Source: Ferroglobus placidus DSM 10642 (GTDB lineage: Archaea; Halobacteriota; Archaeoglobi; Archaeoglobales; Archaeoglobaceae). Taken from it: a DNA stretch of 32,000 nt. The translations under genes and the position numbers were made by a program. Within the stretch, counting starts at the first letter, position 1; each line of letters opens with the position of its first letter. The stretch covers positions 60,001-92,000 of the forward strand of contig NC_013849.1 in assembly GCF_000025505.1 (NCBI RefSeq), read 5' to 3'. Under the pieces are notes generated by a model. It saw nothing but the letters and a program-made list of their open reading frames with translations. It did not search any database and was not told the origin of the DNA. Shown in pieces: positions 22,744 to 30,087 of the stretch.

Positions 22744-24687
22744 TTAATCGAAGGCAGCTTCATAGACGAGTTCGATTACGTCCTTAACTTCAATTCTGTC
22801 GTCGAGTTTCTGCGTTTTAACGCCGTCCTCAAGCATTATTGCACAGAACGGGCAAGCTACAGCCAGTATCTCTGCCCCAGTTTCTGCCGCCTCCCTCGCT
22901 CTTATGTTGTTCGGTCGATCCTCTCCGGGATATTCTCTCACGAGGTTCCCACCCCCGCCACCGCAGCAGAAGGATCTTTCTCTGTTCCTCGGCATTTCCA
23001 CGAGCTCAATTCCCGGAATGCTTTTCAGGATCTCTCTTGGAAGATCGTAAATTCCGTTCCACCTTCCAAGGTAGCAGGGATCGTGGAAGGTCACCTTCTT
23101 GTTTATCTCCTTCTTGAACTTTAGCCTCCCGTCTTTTATAGCTTCGAGGATGACTTCGAGCACGAATTTAGTGTTAATCTCGTACTCGTTTTTGAAGGTG
23201 TTGTAGCAGTGGGGGGAAACGGATATTAGCTTTTCAACTCCGTACTTCTCGAAGGTGGACGTGTTTTCTTCCTTCAGCAGCTGGAACAACCCTTCTTCTC
23301 CGAGCCTTCTCGCTTCGTTTCCGCAGCATCCCTCTTCTCTTCCAAGAACAGCATAGCTTACCCCTATTTCGTTGAGAATCGCTATAAGCTTTTTAGCAAC
23401 CTCCTTAGCTTTTGCATCGTAAACTTGACATCCCACCCACAGAAGCCATTCGAATTCCGTTTCGCTGGCTTTGGGAACTTCGATGTCCTTCATCCACGCG
23501 TCTCTCTTCCACTTTGCCTCACCCCACATGTTCCTCTGCTTCTGAATGTTGTTCAGAATGTCTCTTACATCTGGAGGAGTCTCTCCGCTTTCGACTATTC
23601 CTCTTCTCATCTCACCTATTATCTCCATCTGTTCGATGTAAACCGGACACATTTCCATGCAAGCTTTGCAAGTAGTACAAGCCCAAACGGCATCCATGTC
23701 AATTACGCTGTCGAGCAAAAGCGTTTCTTCCTTCTTTCTGCCGATGAAGTCGAAGGTGTCGTTGAGTGTTTTTCTCAAGTTCTGCATTAGGTACATGGGC
23801 GAAAGAGTCGTTCCCGAGTTAAAAGCTGGACAGTTGTCCTGGCACCTTCCGCATCTCATGCAAGCAATACTTGAAAGCAAATCTCTCCATTGGAGATCCG
23901 TCGCCTCTACAGCTCCCATGTACTCCTCGTCGAGGATCTCCCTCCCACCTCTCCTTTCACTTCTCGTTAGAATGTTAAGCGGAGCTGCGACAACGTGGAA
24001 GAGCTTCGTGTACGGAATTGCCGCTATGAAAAGCATTGCAAGCAAAGAATGAGTCATCCACGTCGCTTGATAAGCGGAGGAACTGTAAGGAACTGCGCTA
24101 GCTAAGATTCCTCCGATGAAAGCCGTGAACGCTGGCTGTCCGGAAGATATTCTCAAAGCCTCTACGACGAATCCGAGAAGCGTTATAATTATAAGCAACG
24201 CAAGAACCGCTCCGTCATCCTTGGCGAATTTCCAAGGCTTTTGAAATCTGCTCGGCTTGAAAACGTATCTATTCACCGTCGCTATCGCAAGACCGAGGAT
24301 TAAGAACAACCCGGCTAAATCCATCGTGAACTCGAAAATTAGGTAAAAAGTTCCTCTGAAAAAGTCTGAAGTGACCCTTTCCGCTATCGTAAGCGTAATC
24401 GTTCCGATCGTTAAAATTATGAAGCCCCACAGGACGAGAAGGTGCATCAGCCCCATCTGTCCCTCTCTCAAAGCGAGCCTAACAAAAAAGAGCCCGTCCT
24501 TTATTACCCACCAAAGTCTTTTCGGAAAGTTGTCGAGCCTTTTCTCGTCGTTCCTTCCCGAAGAGATTATTTTAAACCACCTGTAGCATCCGAGCAGAAA
24601 TATTACGAGAGCTACGAGAAAAGCCAAGTAGTGCGCTGAAACTATTAGCTTGCTAACACCCCAGAGCAACTCCCTCGTCGGCTCCAA
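22744..24687 (-). CDS. Fused membrane cytochrome-b-like (HdrE/DsrM/NarI-type) plus HdrD/DsrK-type Fe-S CCG-domain oxidoreductase
   Basis: The N-terminal roughly 270 aa carry about 5-6 TM helices. Two ferredoxin-type motifs follow (CMRCGRCQDNCP, CTTCKACMEMCP), then two CCG-domain motifs (EGCCGNE, SFCCGGGGGN). The six-frame ORF runs on to a TTG at 24786, which lies inside the IS. The first native start candidates are TTG 24687 (after GGGGTGGT) or TTG 24669. There is no ATG before residue ~111. Confidence 0.8.
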   Translation of the reverse strand: MEPTRELLWGVSKLIVSAHYLAFLVALVIFLLGCYRWFKIISSGRNDEKRLDNFPKRLWWVIKDGLFFVRLALREGQMGLMHLLVLWGFIILTIGTITLTIAERVTSDFFRGTFYLIFEFTMDLAGLFLILGLAIATVNRYVFKPSRFQKPWKFAKDDGAVLALLIIITLLGFVVEALRISSGQPAFTAFIGGILASAVPYSSSAYQATWMTHSLLAMLFIAAIPYTKLFHVVAAPLNILTRSERRGGREILDEEYMGAVEATDLQWRDLLSSIACMRCGRCQDNCPAFNSGTTLSPMYLMQNLRKTLNDTFDFIGRKKEETLLLDSVIDMDAVWACTTCKACMEMCPVYIEQMEIIGEMRRGIVESGETPPDVRDILNNIQKQRNMWGEAKWKRDAWMKDIEVPKASETEFEWLLWVGCQVYDAKAKEVAKKLIAILNEIGVSYAVLGREEGCCGNEARRLGEEGLFQLLKEENTSTFEKYGVEKLISVSPHCYNTFKNEYEINTKFVLEVILEAIKDGRLKFKKEINKKVTFHDPCYLGRWNGIYDLPREILKSIPGIELVEMPRNRERSFCCGGGGGNLVREYPGEDRPNNIRAREAAETGAEILAVACPFCAIMLEDGVKTQKLDDRIEVKDVIELVYEAAFD

Positions 24688-24737
24688 GCTACCACCCCAA
24701 AAAGTCTCGGAAGAAGGTAATTTAATTTTTATTGAAT

Positions 24738-24750
24738 TCCGCCGAGAGAG
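24738..24750. repeat. Left copy of the 13-bp direct repeat flanking the IS (putative target-site duplication)
   Basis: TCCGCCGAGAGAG is identical to 25962-25974. Confidence 0.8.
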
Positions 24751-24769
24751 GTTTTGGGACAAAATTCCT

Positions 24770-24943
24770 TTAATCCCTGACAACAATCACATACGCTCTC
24801 CACCCAATATACCTCTTGGGCACATCAACCTTTGCTGAATTACCGAAAGGCGTGACTCTCTTCTCGAAAACAACCTCAACCTCCTCTTTCAGAACAAAAT
24901 CTCCCTTCTTCACTTCAACCCTCCTCATGTTAAGTATATCCAT
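24770..24943 (-). CDS. Small IS-encoded protein, AbrB/SpoVT-like swapped-hairpin type (DUF2080-like putative transposon-encoded protein)
   Basis: The 57-aa product is MDILNMRRVEVKKGDFVLKEEVEVVFEKRVTPFGNSAKVDVPKRYIGWRAYVIVVRD. The ..PFGNSAKVDVPKRYIG..V.V segment is the AbrB/MazE-like motif seen in small archaeal transposon-associated proteins. The stop lies 4 nt inside IR-L. An alternative start is the ATG at 24928. Confidence 0.6.
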   Translation of the reverse strand: MDILNMRRVEVKKGDFVLKEEVEVVFEKRVTPFGNSAKVDVPKRYIGWRAYVIVVRD

Positions 24944-24945
24944 AG

Positions 24946-24961
24946 AAATACTTAAATACTT
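24946..24961. promoter_or_regulatory. Tandem 8-mer AAATACTT x2 in the 36-bp gap between the two divergent IS genes; candidate bidirectional TATA/operator region
   Basis: AAATACTTAAATACTT is read directly from the sequence, between the start codons at 24943 (minus) and 24980 (plus). Confidence 0.3.
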
Positions 24962-24979
24962 TTTGGTTGGAATCAGAAC

Positions 24980-25948
24980 ATGAACCTTGGATTCAGAGTG
25001 ACAGGGAAGTTTGTAAGGGAACTTCTGGATGTTTTGGATGAAATTGCAGAGGAGATAAGACAGGAGGAGAAGGAAAAGTATCCGTACACAGAATGGGAGA
25101 GGAAGAGAGAAGTTGTTAAGGAAAGGCTGAGAAAACTCCCTGAATACGTTAGAGAGGCTATTTCTGTGATAACCGTGCAAAAGAGGGTGGGAAGACCAAA
25201 GAAAGTTGATCTGGAGAAGAGAGTTATGCTCTTTCTGTTTGCAAGGCTGATGGACAAATCAAACAGAGATATTGAGGAGCTTTTAGAGCTGTTTGAACCT
25301 TTATTCGGGATAAAGGTTAGCTACAAAACGATAGAAAGATTATACTCGGATGAAGAAGTTAGAATGGCTTTACACAACCTCTTCATCCTTCTGCTTAGAG
25401 AGGAAGGAGTTTCAGGAGATTTTTCAGGAGATGGGACAGGATACAGCCTAACCATCACTAAGCACTATAGAAGCAATCCTAAAAGGAAAGGTAAAGACTT
25501 CAGATACGTTTTCAGGATAATTGACATCGATACGGGAATGTACGTTGGCTTTGGCTATTCTGACAGATCTGAGAAAGATGCCTTTGAGAAGGCTTTAGGA
25601 ATGCTCAAAAGCATGGGGGTGAAGGTAAACTCGATTTCTCTGGATAAGTATTACAGCAGTAGGAAGACTCTGAGGCTGTTTGATGCTGAGACAGCTGTCT
25701 ACGTCATTCCAAAGCGAAATCTTGCCAGAATAGGATTTGACTGGTTGAGGGTTATCGAGAGGATTGTTGAAGCTCCTTATAGGTTTCTGAAGAGGTACTT
25801 CAAGAGGAACTTAAGTGAGGCAGGATTTTCTGCTGATAAGAGGAGATTTGGATGGTTGATAAGGCAGAGGAGGGAGGACAGGAGAGAGATGGCTTTGTTT
25901 GCTGTCGGGCTTTGGCACAACATATTTGCTGTGAGGGTGATGAGGTAA
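24980..25948 (+). CDS. IS transposase (322 aa)
   Basis: Lies between the terminal IRs, with its stop codon inside IR-R. An N-terminal basic HTH-like region (VGRPKKVDLEKRVMLFLFARLM) is followed by candidate acidic catalytic residues (FSGDGTGYSL, FRIIDIDTGMYVGF, NLSEAGF). The family assignment is not verified. Confidence 0.8.
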   Translation: MNLGFRVTGKFVRELLDVLDEIAEEIRQEEKEKYPYTEWERKREVVKERLRKLPEYVREAISVITVQKRVGRPKKVDLEKRVMLFLFARLMDKSNRDIEELLELFEPLFGIKVSYKTIERLYSDEEVRMALHNLFILLLREEGVSGDFSGDGTGYSLTITKHYRSNPKRKGKDFRYVFRIIDIDTGMYVGFGYSDRSEKDAFEKALGMLKSMGVKVNSISLDKYYSSRKTLRLFDAETAVYVIPKRNLARIGFDWLRVIERIVEAPYRFLKRYFKRNLSEAGFSADKRRFGWLIRQRREDRREMALFAVGLWHNIFAVRVMR

Positions 25949-25961
25949 TTTTGTCCCAAAG

Positions 25962-25974
25962 TCCGCCGAGAGAG
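25962..25974. repeat. Right copy of the 13-bp direct repeat flanking the IS (putative target-site duplication)
   Basis: TCCGCCGAGAGAG is identical to 24738-24750. Confidence 0.8.
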
Positions 25975-26084
25975 TTTGTTATATATTCTTGAGAAATATG
26001 AAACGATTTTTCGTTAAAAAACCGAATTTCTTCGCGCTTTAACAGCTAAAAAATTTTAAGTTTTTTCAGTGCAAAAAACAAGCT

Positions 26085-26468
26085 GTGCTTGCGGAAGAAG
26101 TTGAAAGGCTGAGAAGGAGGGCAAGGAGTTTTCTTGAAGCTGCAGAAGAAAGATTGAGAGCTGGAAGTTACGATATTTCATGCTTTCTCGCAGAACAAGC
26201 AGTTCAATTGTATCTAAAGTCGGTAATTCTTGAATTCAGTGGAGAAGTTCCAAGAACGCATTCTATTAGAAAACTTTTATCAATTATGTCGAATTTACTT
26301 AATGTGGAGTTTGACTTCGATAGAAAAGAATTAGTATTTTTGGAAGATGCATATATAAAAGCGAGGTATTTGTCATCGGAATATAGTGAAGAAGATGCAA
26401 AAAACGCCATCGCAACTGCAAGGAGGCTGATGTCTGTTGTGGATAGAGCTCGAAAAGAAAAGAGCTGA
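26085..26468 (+). CDS. HEPN-domain protein (toxin-type partner of a HEPN/MNT module)
   Basis: RSFLEAAEERLRAGSYDISCFLAEQAVQLYLKSVIL followed by GEVPRTHSIRKLL is the four-helix HEPN pattern. The start codon is GTG. The gene overlaps the next gene by 32 nt. Confidence 0.75.
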   Translation: MLAEEVERLRRRARSFLEAAEERLRAGSYDISCFLAEQAVQLYLKSVILEFSGEVPRTHSIRKLLSIMSNLLNVEFDFDRKELVFLEDAYIKARYLSSEYSEEDAKNAIATARRLMSVVDRARKEKS

Positions 26469-26793
26469 AATTGTGAGAAATTACAAAAAATTTCTCAAGT
26501 GTATTGCGAAAGTATCTAAAGAGCTGGGATGCGAAAAGGTCTTTCTGACTGGGAGCTTTGCCGAAGGGAAAGCTGTTCTTGCGAGCGATATAGACGTTCT
26601 GATAGTTTTTAAAAAGAAGCTAAACGCTATGGAAAGAGCTGAAATTATAGCGGAAATAGAGGAGAGGTGCAACCTTCCTCTTTACCATCCATTTGAGCTG
26701 CACGTAGTAAGCGAAAGAGAGTTCGAGTTTTGGAAAAGGGTCTTCAAAGCTAAGCTCGTTGAGATCGAAACGAATTTATCCACAGAAGGATAA
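26437..26793 (+). CDS. Minimal nucleotidyltransferase (MNT; antitoxin-type partner of HEPN)
   Basis: Has the pol-beta-type NTase motif LTGSFAEGKAVLASDIDVLIVF (GS...DxD). The TTG start at 26437 lies 10 nt downstream of AGGAGG (26421-26426). Confidence 0.8.
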   Translation: MWIELEKKRAEIVRNYKKFLKCIAKVSKELGCEKVFLTGSFAEGKAVLASDIDVLIVFKKKLNAMERAEIIAEIEERCNLPLYHPFELHVVSEREFEFWKRVFKAKLVEIETNLSTEG

Positions 26794-26803
26794 ATTTTAA
26801 ACC

Positions 26804-28141
26804 ATGGCGAGAGAGCTTTTCGGAACTAACGGCGTGAGAGGAATTGCGAACGAAGAGCTTACTGCCGAAATGGCGCTCAACCTTGGAAGAACTATAGCCA
26901 CGATGAAACCGGGGAGAATTGCTATCGCATGCGATACGAGAATTTCTTCTGAAATGCTGAAATCCGCTGTTATTGCTGGAATTCTTTCTGCTGGAAGCGA
27001 CGCCGTTGACCTCGGCGTAGCTCCTACTCCAGCTCTGCAGTATTACGTGAAGGAAAACAACGTTGATGCCGGAGTAATTGTGACAGCTTCCCACAATCCG
27101 AGGGAGTACAACGGAATAAAGTACATTCAGGAAGACGGAACTGAATTCACTTGGGAGATGGATGAGGAGGCGGAGAAAATATACAAGAGCAAGAGCTTTA
27201 GAAAAGCGAGATGGAATGAGGTTGGAAGGATTCTGAGAGATGATTGCATAGATCTTTACGTTTCCGGAATTTTAGAGAAAGTTGACGCTGAGGAGATCGA
27301 GAGGAGGAAGTTCAGAGTCGTTTTAGATTGTGGAAACGGTGCAGCAAGCTTTACGTCTCCAGAAATTCTTAAGAGATTAAACTGTGAGGTGCTGACTTTA
27401 AATTGCAATCCGGATGGGAGATTTACGGCAAGGAATCCGGAGCCGGTTGACGAGCACTTGGACATGCTTAAAGAAGCGGTGAAAGCGTTTAAAGCTGATT
27501 TTGGAGTTGCTCATGATGGGGATGCGGATAGAGCAACTTTCGTCGATGAAAAGGGAAATTTCGTTAGCGAGGACGTCACTCTCGCTATAATGGCTAAGTA
27601 CTACGTGGAGCAGCACGGGGGAGGAGTTGTTGTTACTCCCGTAAGCAGTTCGAGGTGCGTTGAGGACGTCGTCAGAGAGGCTGGAGGAGAGGTCGTTTAC
27701 ACAGCCGTTGGCTCGCCGGTAGTGGCTAAGGTGATGAAGGAGAAGAACGCTGTTTTCGGTGGAGAGGGCAATGGAGGGTTGATATTTCCGGAGCATTTGC
27801 TTGCGAGAGACGGGGGAATGAGCTTGGCTAAATTCATGGAACTCATGGCTTTAACTGGCAAAAAGCTTTCTGAACTTGCTGAGGAGATTCCGAAGTACCA
27901 CATGATAAAGCTGAAGGTTGAGTGCAGAGATAGAAAAAGGTTGCTCGAAGGGCTCAGAAGAGAATTTCCGGAGGCGAACTTTACCGACGGAGCGAGAATA
28001 GACTACGAAGACGGCTGGCTTCTGATAAGACCCTCCGGAACTGAGCCGATAGCGAGGATATTTGCAGAAGCTAAAACCGAGAGTAAAGCGAAGGAGCTGG
28101 CTGAATTTGGCGTTAGTGTTGTGAAGAAGATTCTTGGCTGA
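26804..28141 (+). CDS. glmM: alpha-D-phosphohexomutase (phosphoglucosamine mutase / phosphomannomutase)
   Basis: All four family motifs are present: active-site Ser loop VTASHNPREYNG, metal loop AHDGDADR, sugar loop GGEGNGG and phosphate loop IRPSGTEPIARI. Confidence 0.85.
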   Translation: MARELFGTNGVRGIANEELTAEMALNLGRTIATMKPGRIAIACDTRISSEMLKSAVIAGILSAGSDAVDLGVAPTPALQYYVKENNVDAGVIVTASHNPREYNGIKYIQEDGTEFTWEMDEEAEKIYKSKSFRKARWNEVGRILRDDCIDLYVSGILEKVDAEEIERRKFRVVLDCGNGAASFTSPEILKRLNCEVLTLNCNPDGRFTARNPEPVDEHLDMLKEAVKAFKADFGVAHDGDADRATFVDEKGNFVSEDVTLAIMAKYYVEQHGGGVVVTPVSSSRCVEDVVREAGGEVVYTAVGSPVVAKVMKEKNAVFGGEGNGGLIFPEHLLARDGGMSLAKFMELMALTGKKLSELAEEIPKYHMIKLKVECRDRKRLLEGLRREFPEANFTDGARIDYEDGWLLIRPSGTEPIARIFAEAKTESKAKELAEFGVSVVKKILG

Positions 28142-28688
28142 AGAATTCGTCTACGCTTCCAAATTTTTTAACAATTCTGAGGTAAAAATCGTCTAAAATT
28201 CTGCTCGAAGCCCCCCAAACAAGCTCTCCTGCACACTCGAAATTCGGACCCCAGTCAGCTATTCTTCTGCTCTTCAAAACTCTTCTAAGATCGTCCACGA
28301 GGATTTTTTCCACCTCGTAGTTGTCTGGGGTGAAGTTCTTGCTTGAGACGATACCGACAACCGGGTGGATTTTTATTCTGTGCTCAACAACCTCCTTCGG
28401 AGACAAGTAGCCGAGAACGTTTATGTTTTCTCTCTTTACTCCAATCTCCTCCTCAGCCTCCCTCAAAGCAGTCTCGACTATACTTTCCGTTTTTTCTCTA
28501 ATTCCTCCCGGAAAGGCAATGTGTCCGGCGCTTCTACTCAAGTTCTTTGCCCTTTTTATCATAACCAGCTCAAGATCGAACGTTATCGGGACTAAAACTG
28601 CCGCAACCCTCTCGTTTTTAACGTATTTAAGCTCCGGATCGAGTATTTCTTTCAACTTTCTCACCATCTCAGAATTGATCATAATCAA
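28113..28688 (-). CDS. Nudix hydrolase, CoA-pyrophosphatase-like
   Basis: Has the Nudix box GGIREKTESIVETALREAEEEIG. It is preceded by MIKRAKNLSRSAGHIAFPGG, which matches the spacing and most positions of the NUDIX_CoA signature (..R-[SA]-x3-[RK]-x3-G-x3-FPGG). The basic residue is shifted by one position. Confidence 0.7.
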   Translation of the reverse strand: MIMINSEMVRKLKEILDPELKYVKNERVAAVLVPITFDLELVMIKRAKNLSRSAGHIAFPGGIREKTESIVETALREAEEEIGVKRENINVLGYLSPKEVVEHRIKIHPVVGIVSSKNFTPDNYEVEKILVDDLRRVLKSRRIADWGPNFECAGELVWGASSRILDDFYLRIVKKFGSVDEFFSQESSSQH

Positions 28689-29720
28689 TCACTTTAAATT
28701 TTTCGGAATTAGGAAGGGGGTTGGTGTGAAGCAAGCTGCACCGATGGCGAAAGTGATCACTCCGAGCATTTTCCAGTTGAAAGGCAAGGGTGAGTCGTCT
28801 ATCGGCTTCGGATGCTTCTGCATTCCAAAGAATAGCGTTATAATTCCCCAAAAGAACCATATCGAGCCAAAGAACGTTCCGAGAACTATCAGTATGAAGG
28901 GAACGATTTTGGAAACTGCGTCGGCTTTTTCTCCTATTAAAGCTCGCATTATGTGCCCACCGTCAAGCTGTCCTACTGGGATTAAATTCAGCGAAGTCAC
29001 GAACATTCCAACCCATCCAGCGAAAGCTACCGGATGTATCGCATTTCCCGAATAATTCACAGCGCTCATAACCGCGTAAAAAAGAGGAGGAACTCCGATG
29101 AAAATCTCGGCTTCTTCCGGAGGTATGCTGACTTCAAAGAACTTCAGCCCTATGTAAGCCACTATTACCGAAGCTACGATTCCGGCAAGAGGGCCGGCTG
29201 CGCCGATAGCAAGCAAAGCTTTTCTGCTCGGTATGGCTCCTCTGTGCTTTATTATCGCTCCGAGCGTGCCTATAATCGTGGGGAAGGGTATGAAGTAGGG
29301 TAGAGAAGTTCTAACTCCAAAGCGCCTTGAGGTGAAGTAATGCCCCATCTCGTGGCTTCCGAGGACGAAGAGGATGGCTATCGAGAACATAACCCCTTGA
29401 ATTAAATCGAACTCTCCCAAATAAAAGGAGCCGACGAAGGTCGTGGAGAGAAAAGTTAAGGCAAGCAGAATAATGTTTATCAGGTAGTTCTCTTTGTGAG
29501 GTTTTAGCTCAACGACGATTTCTCCATGGAGCATTTTTACACTAACGTCGTATTTCTCACTCAACTTAGCAAGAACGATCTGCGTTCTCTCGTCGTAAAT
29601 CCCATACTTTGGGATTACAAAGAACCTCTTTACTTCCCCCTCTTCATGTTCGAAGTAAACGTTAAAGGCTTCTTCGAGTACTTCTCTCTCATTCAATTTC
29701 AATCCACCCCTCGGTAGCAT
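28689..29720 (-). CDS. M50-family site-2 protease (membrane zinc metalloprotease)
   Basis: Has HEMGHY (HExxH) within a TM segment and NLIPVGQLDGGHI (NxxPxxxLDG), plus multiple TM helices. The ATG at 29720 overlaps the upstream gene by 32 nt. An in-frame TTG at 29696, after GGGGTGGA, would remove that overlap. Confidence 0.85.
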   Translation of the reverse strand: MLPRGGLKLNEREVLEEAFNVYFEHEEGEVKRFFVIPKYGIYDERTQIVLAKLSEKYDVSVKMLHGEIVVELKPHKENYLINIILLALTFLSTTFVGSFYLGEFDLIQGVMFSIAILFVLGSHEMGHYFTSRRFGVRTSLPYFIPFPTIIGTLGAIIKHRGAIPSRKALLAIGAAGPLAGIVASVIVAYIGLKFFEVSIPPEEAEIFIGVPPLFYAVMSAVNYSGNAIHPVAFAGWVGMFVTSLNLIPVGQLDGGHIMRALIGEKADAVSKIVPFILIVLGTFFGSIWFFWGIITLFFGMQKHPKPIDDSPLPFNWKMLGVITFAIGAACFTPTPFLIPKNLK

Positions 29721-30087
29721 TTACAGTAACGATATCCCCGCTCTTCAATATTTCGAAAACGTTTACCTCGGGCATGTCCACAAGGGGGATCTCAGCTATT
29801 ATCGCTCCTACGGCGATGATAACTTCGGTCTTTTCGTTTATAATCGCCAGAGGAGCGACACCGTTCTTTTTTAATTGGAGAAGAACGTACGTTCCCACGG
29901 TACTTCCTTTTCCCGAAGGAAAAACGAGAACTTTGTTCGCTACGCTCTCTCCGTAAATATCGCTGTTTTTATCCACTACTACTCCGCTTTTCGCATCAAC
30001 ATCTCCGAGAAAGGAGATCTTGCTCTTTGAAACTAAAGCCTCTCCCCTTGCAAAGCCTTTCGAAACGCCTCTTGCTTTAATCCTCAA
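29689..30087 (-). CDS. Aconitase-X swivel-domain protein (DUF126); phosphomevalonate dehydratase small subunit-like
   Basis: A 132-aa protein with GEALVSKSKISFLGDVDAKSGVV and VLVFPSGKGSTVGTYVLLQLKKNGVAPLAII, typical of DUF126/COG1786. It overlaps the DUF521 gene by 11 nt. Confidence 0.8.
   Translation of the reverse strand: MRIKARGVSKGFARGEALVSKSKISFLGDVDAKSGVVVDKNSDIYGESVANKVLVFPSGKGSTVGTYVLLQLKKNGVAPLAIINEKTEVIIAVGAIIAEIPLVDMPEVNVFEILKSGDIVTVNATEGWIEIE

Larger units (their letters stand above)
24751..25961. mobile_element. Insertion sequence, about 1.21 kb, with two divergent ORFs; ISA1214-like
   Basis: Perfect 14-bp terminal inverted repeats TTTGGGACAAAATT (24753-24766) and AATTTTGTCCCAAA (25947-25960) are flanked by a 13-bp direct repeat TCCGCCGAGAGAG (24738-24750 and 25962-25974). 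Size and two-ORF layout match my recollection of the Archaeoglobus fulgidus element ISA1214, which I cannot verify here. Confidence 0.85.

Noticed and set aside
24944-25180. N-terminal extension of the small IS ORF to 136 aa (ORF track 24770-25180)
   Set aside because: The extension runs antisense through the transposase start and its 5' coding region and is low-complexity (Leu/Phe/Ser-rich). Only the last 57 aa carry the AbrB-like motif, and they begin at a good ATG (24943).
28423-29055. 210-aa plus-strand ORF spanning the Nudix / M50 protease junction
   Set aside because: It is antisense to two well-supported genes. Its Ser/Ile/Phe-rich sequence has no motifs, no upstream Shine-Dalgarno site and no free promoter space.
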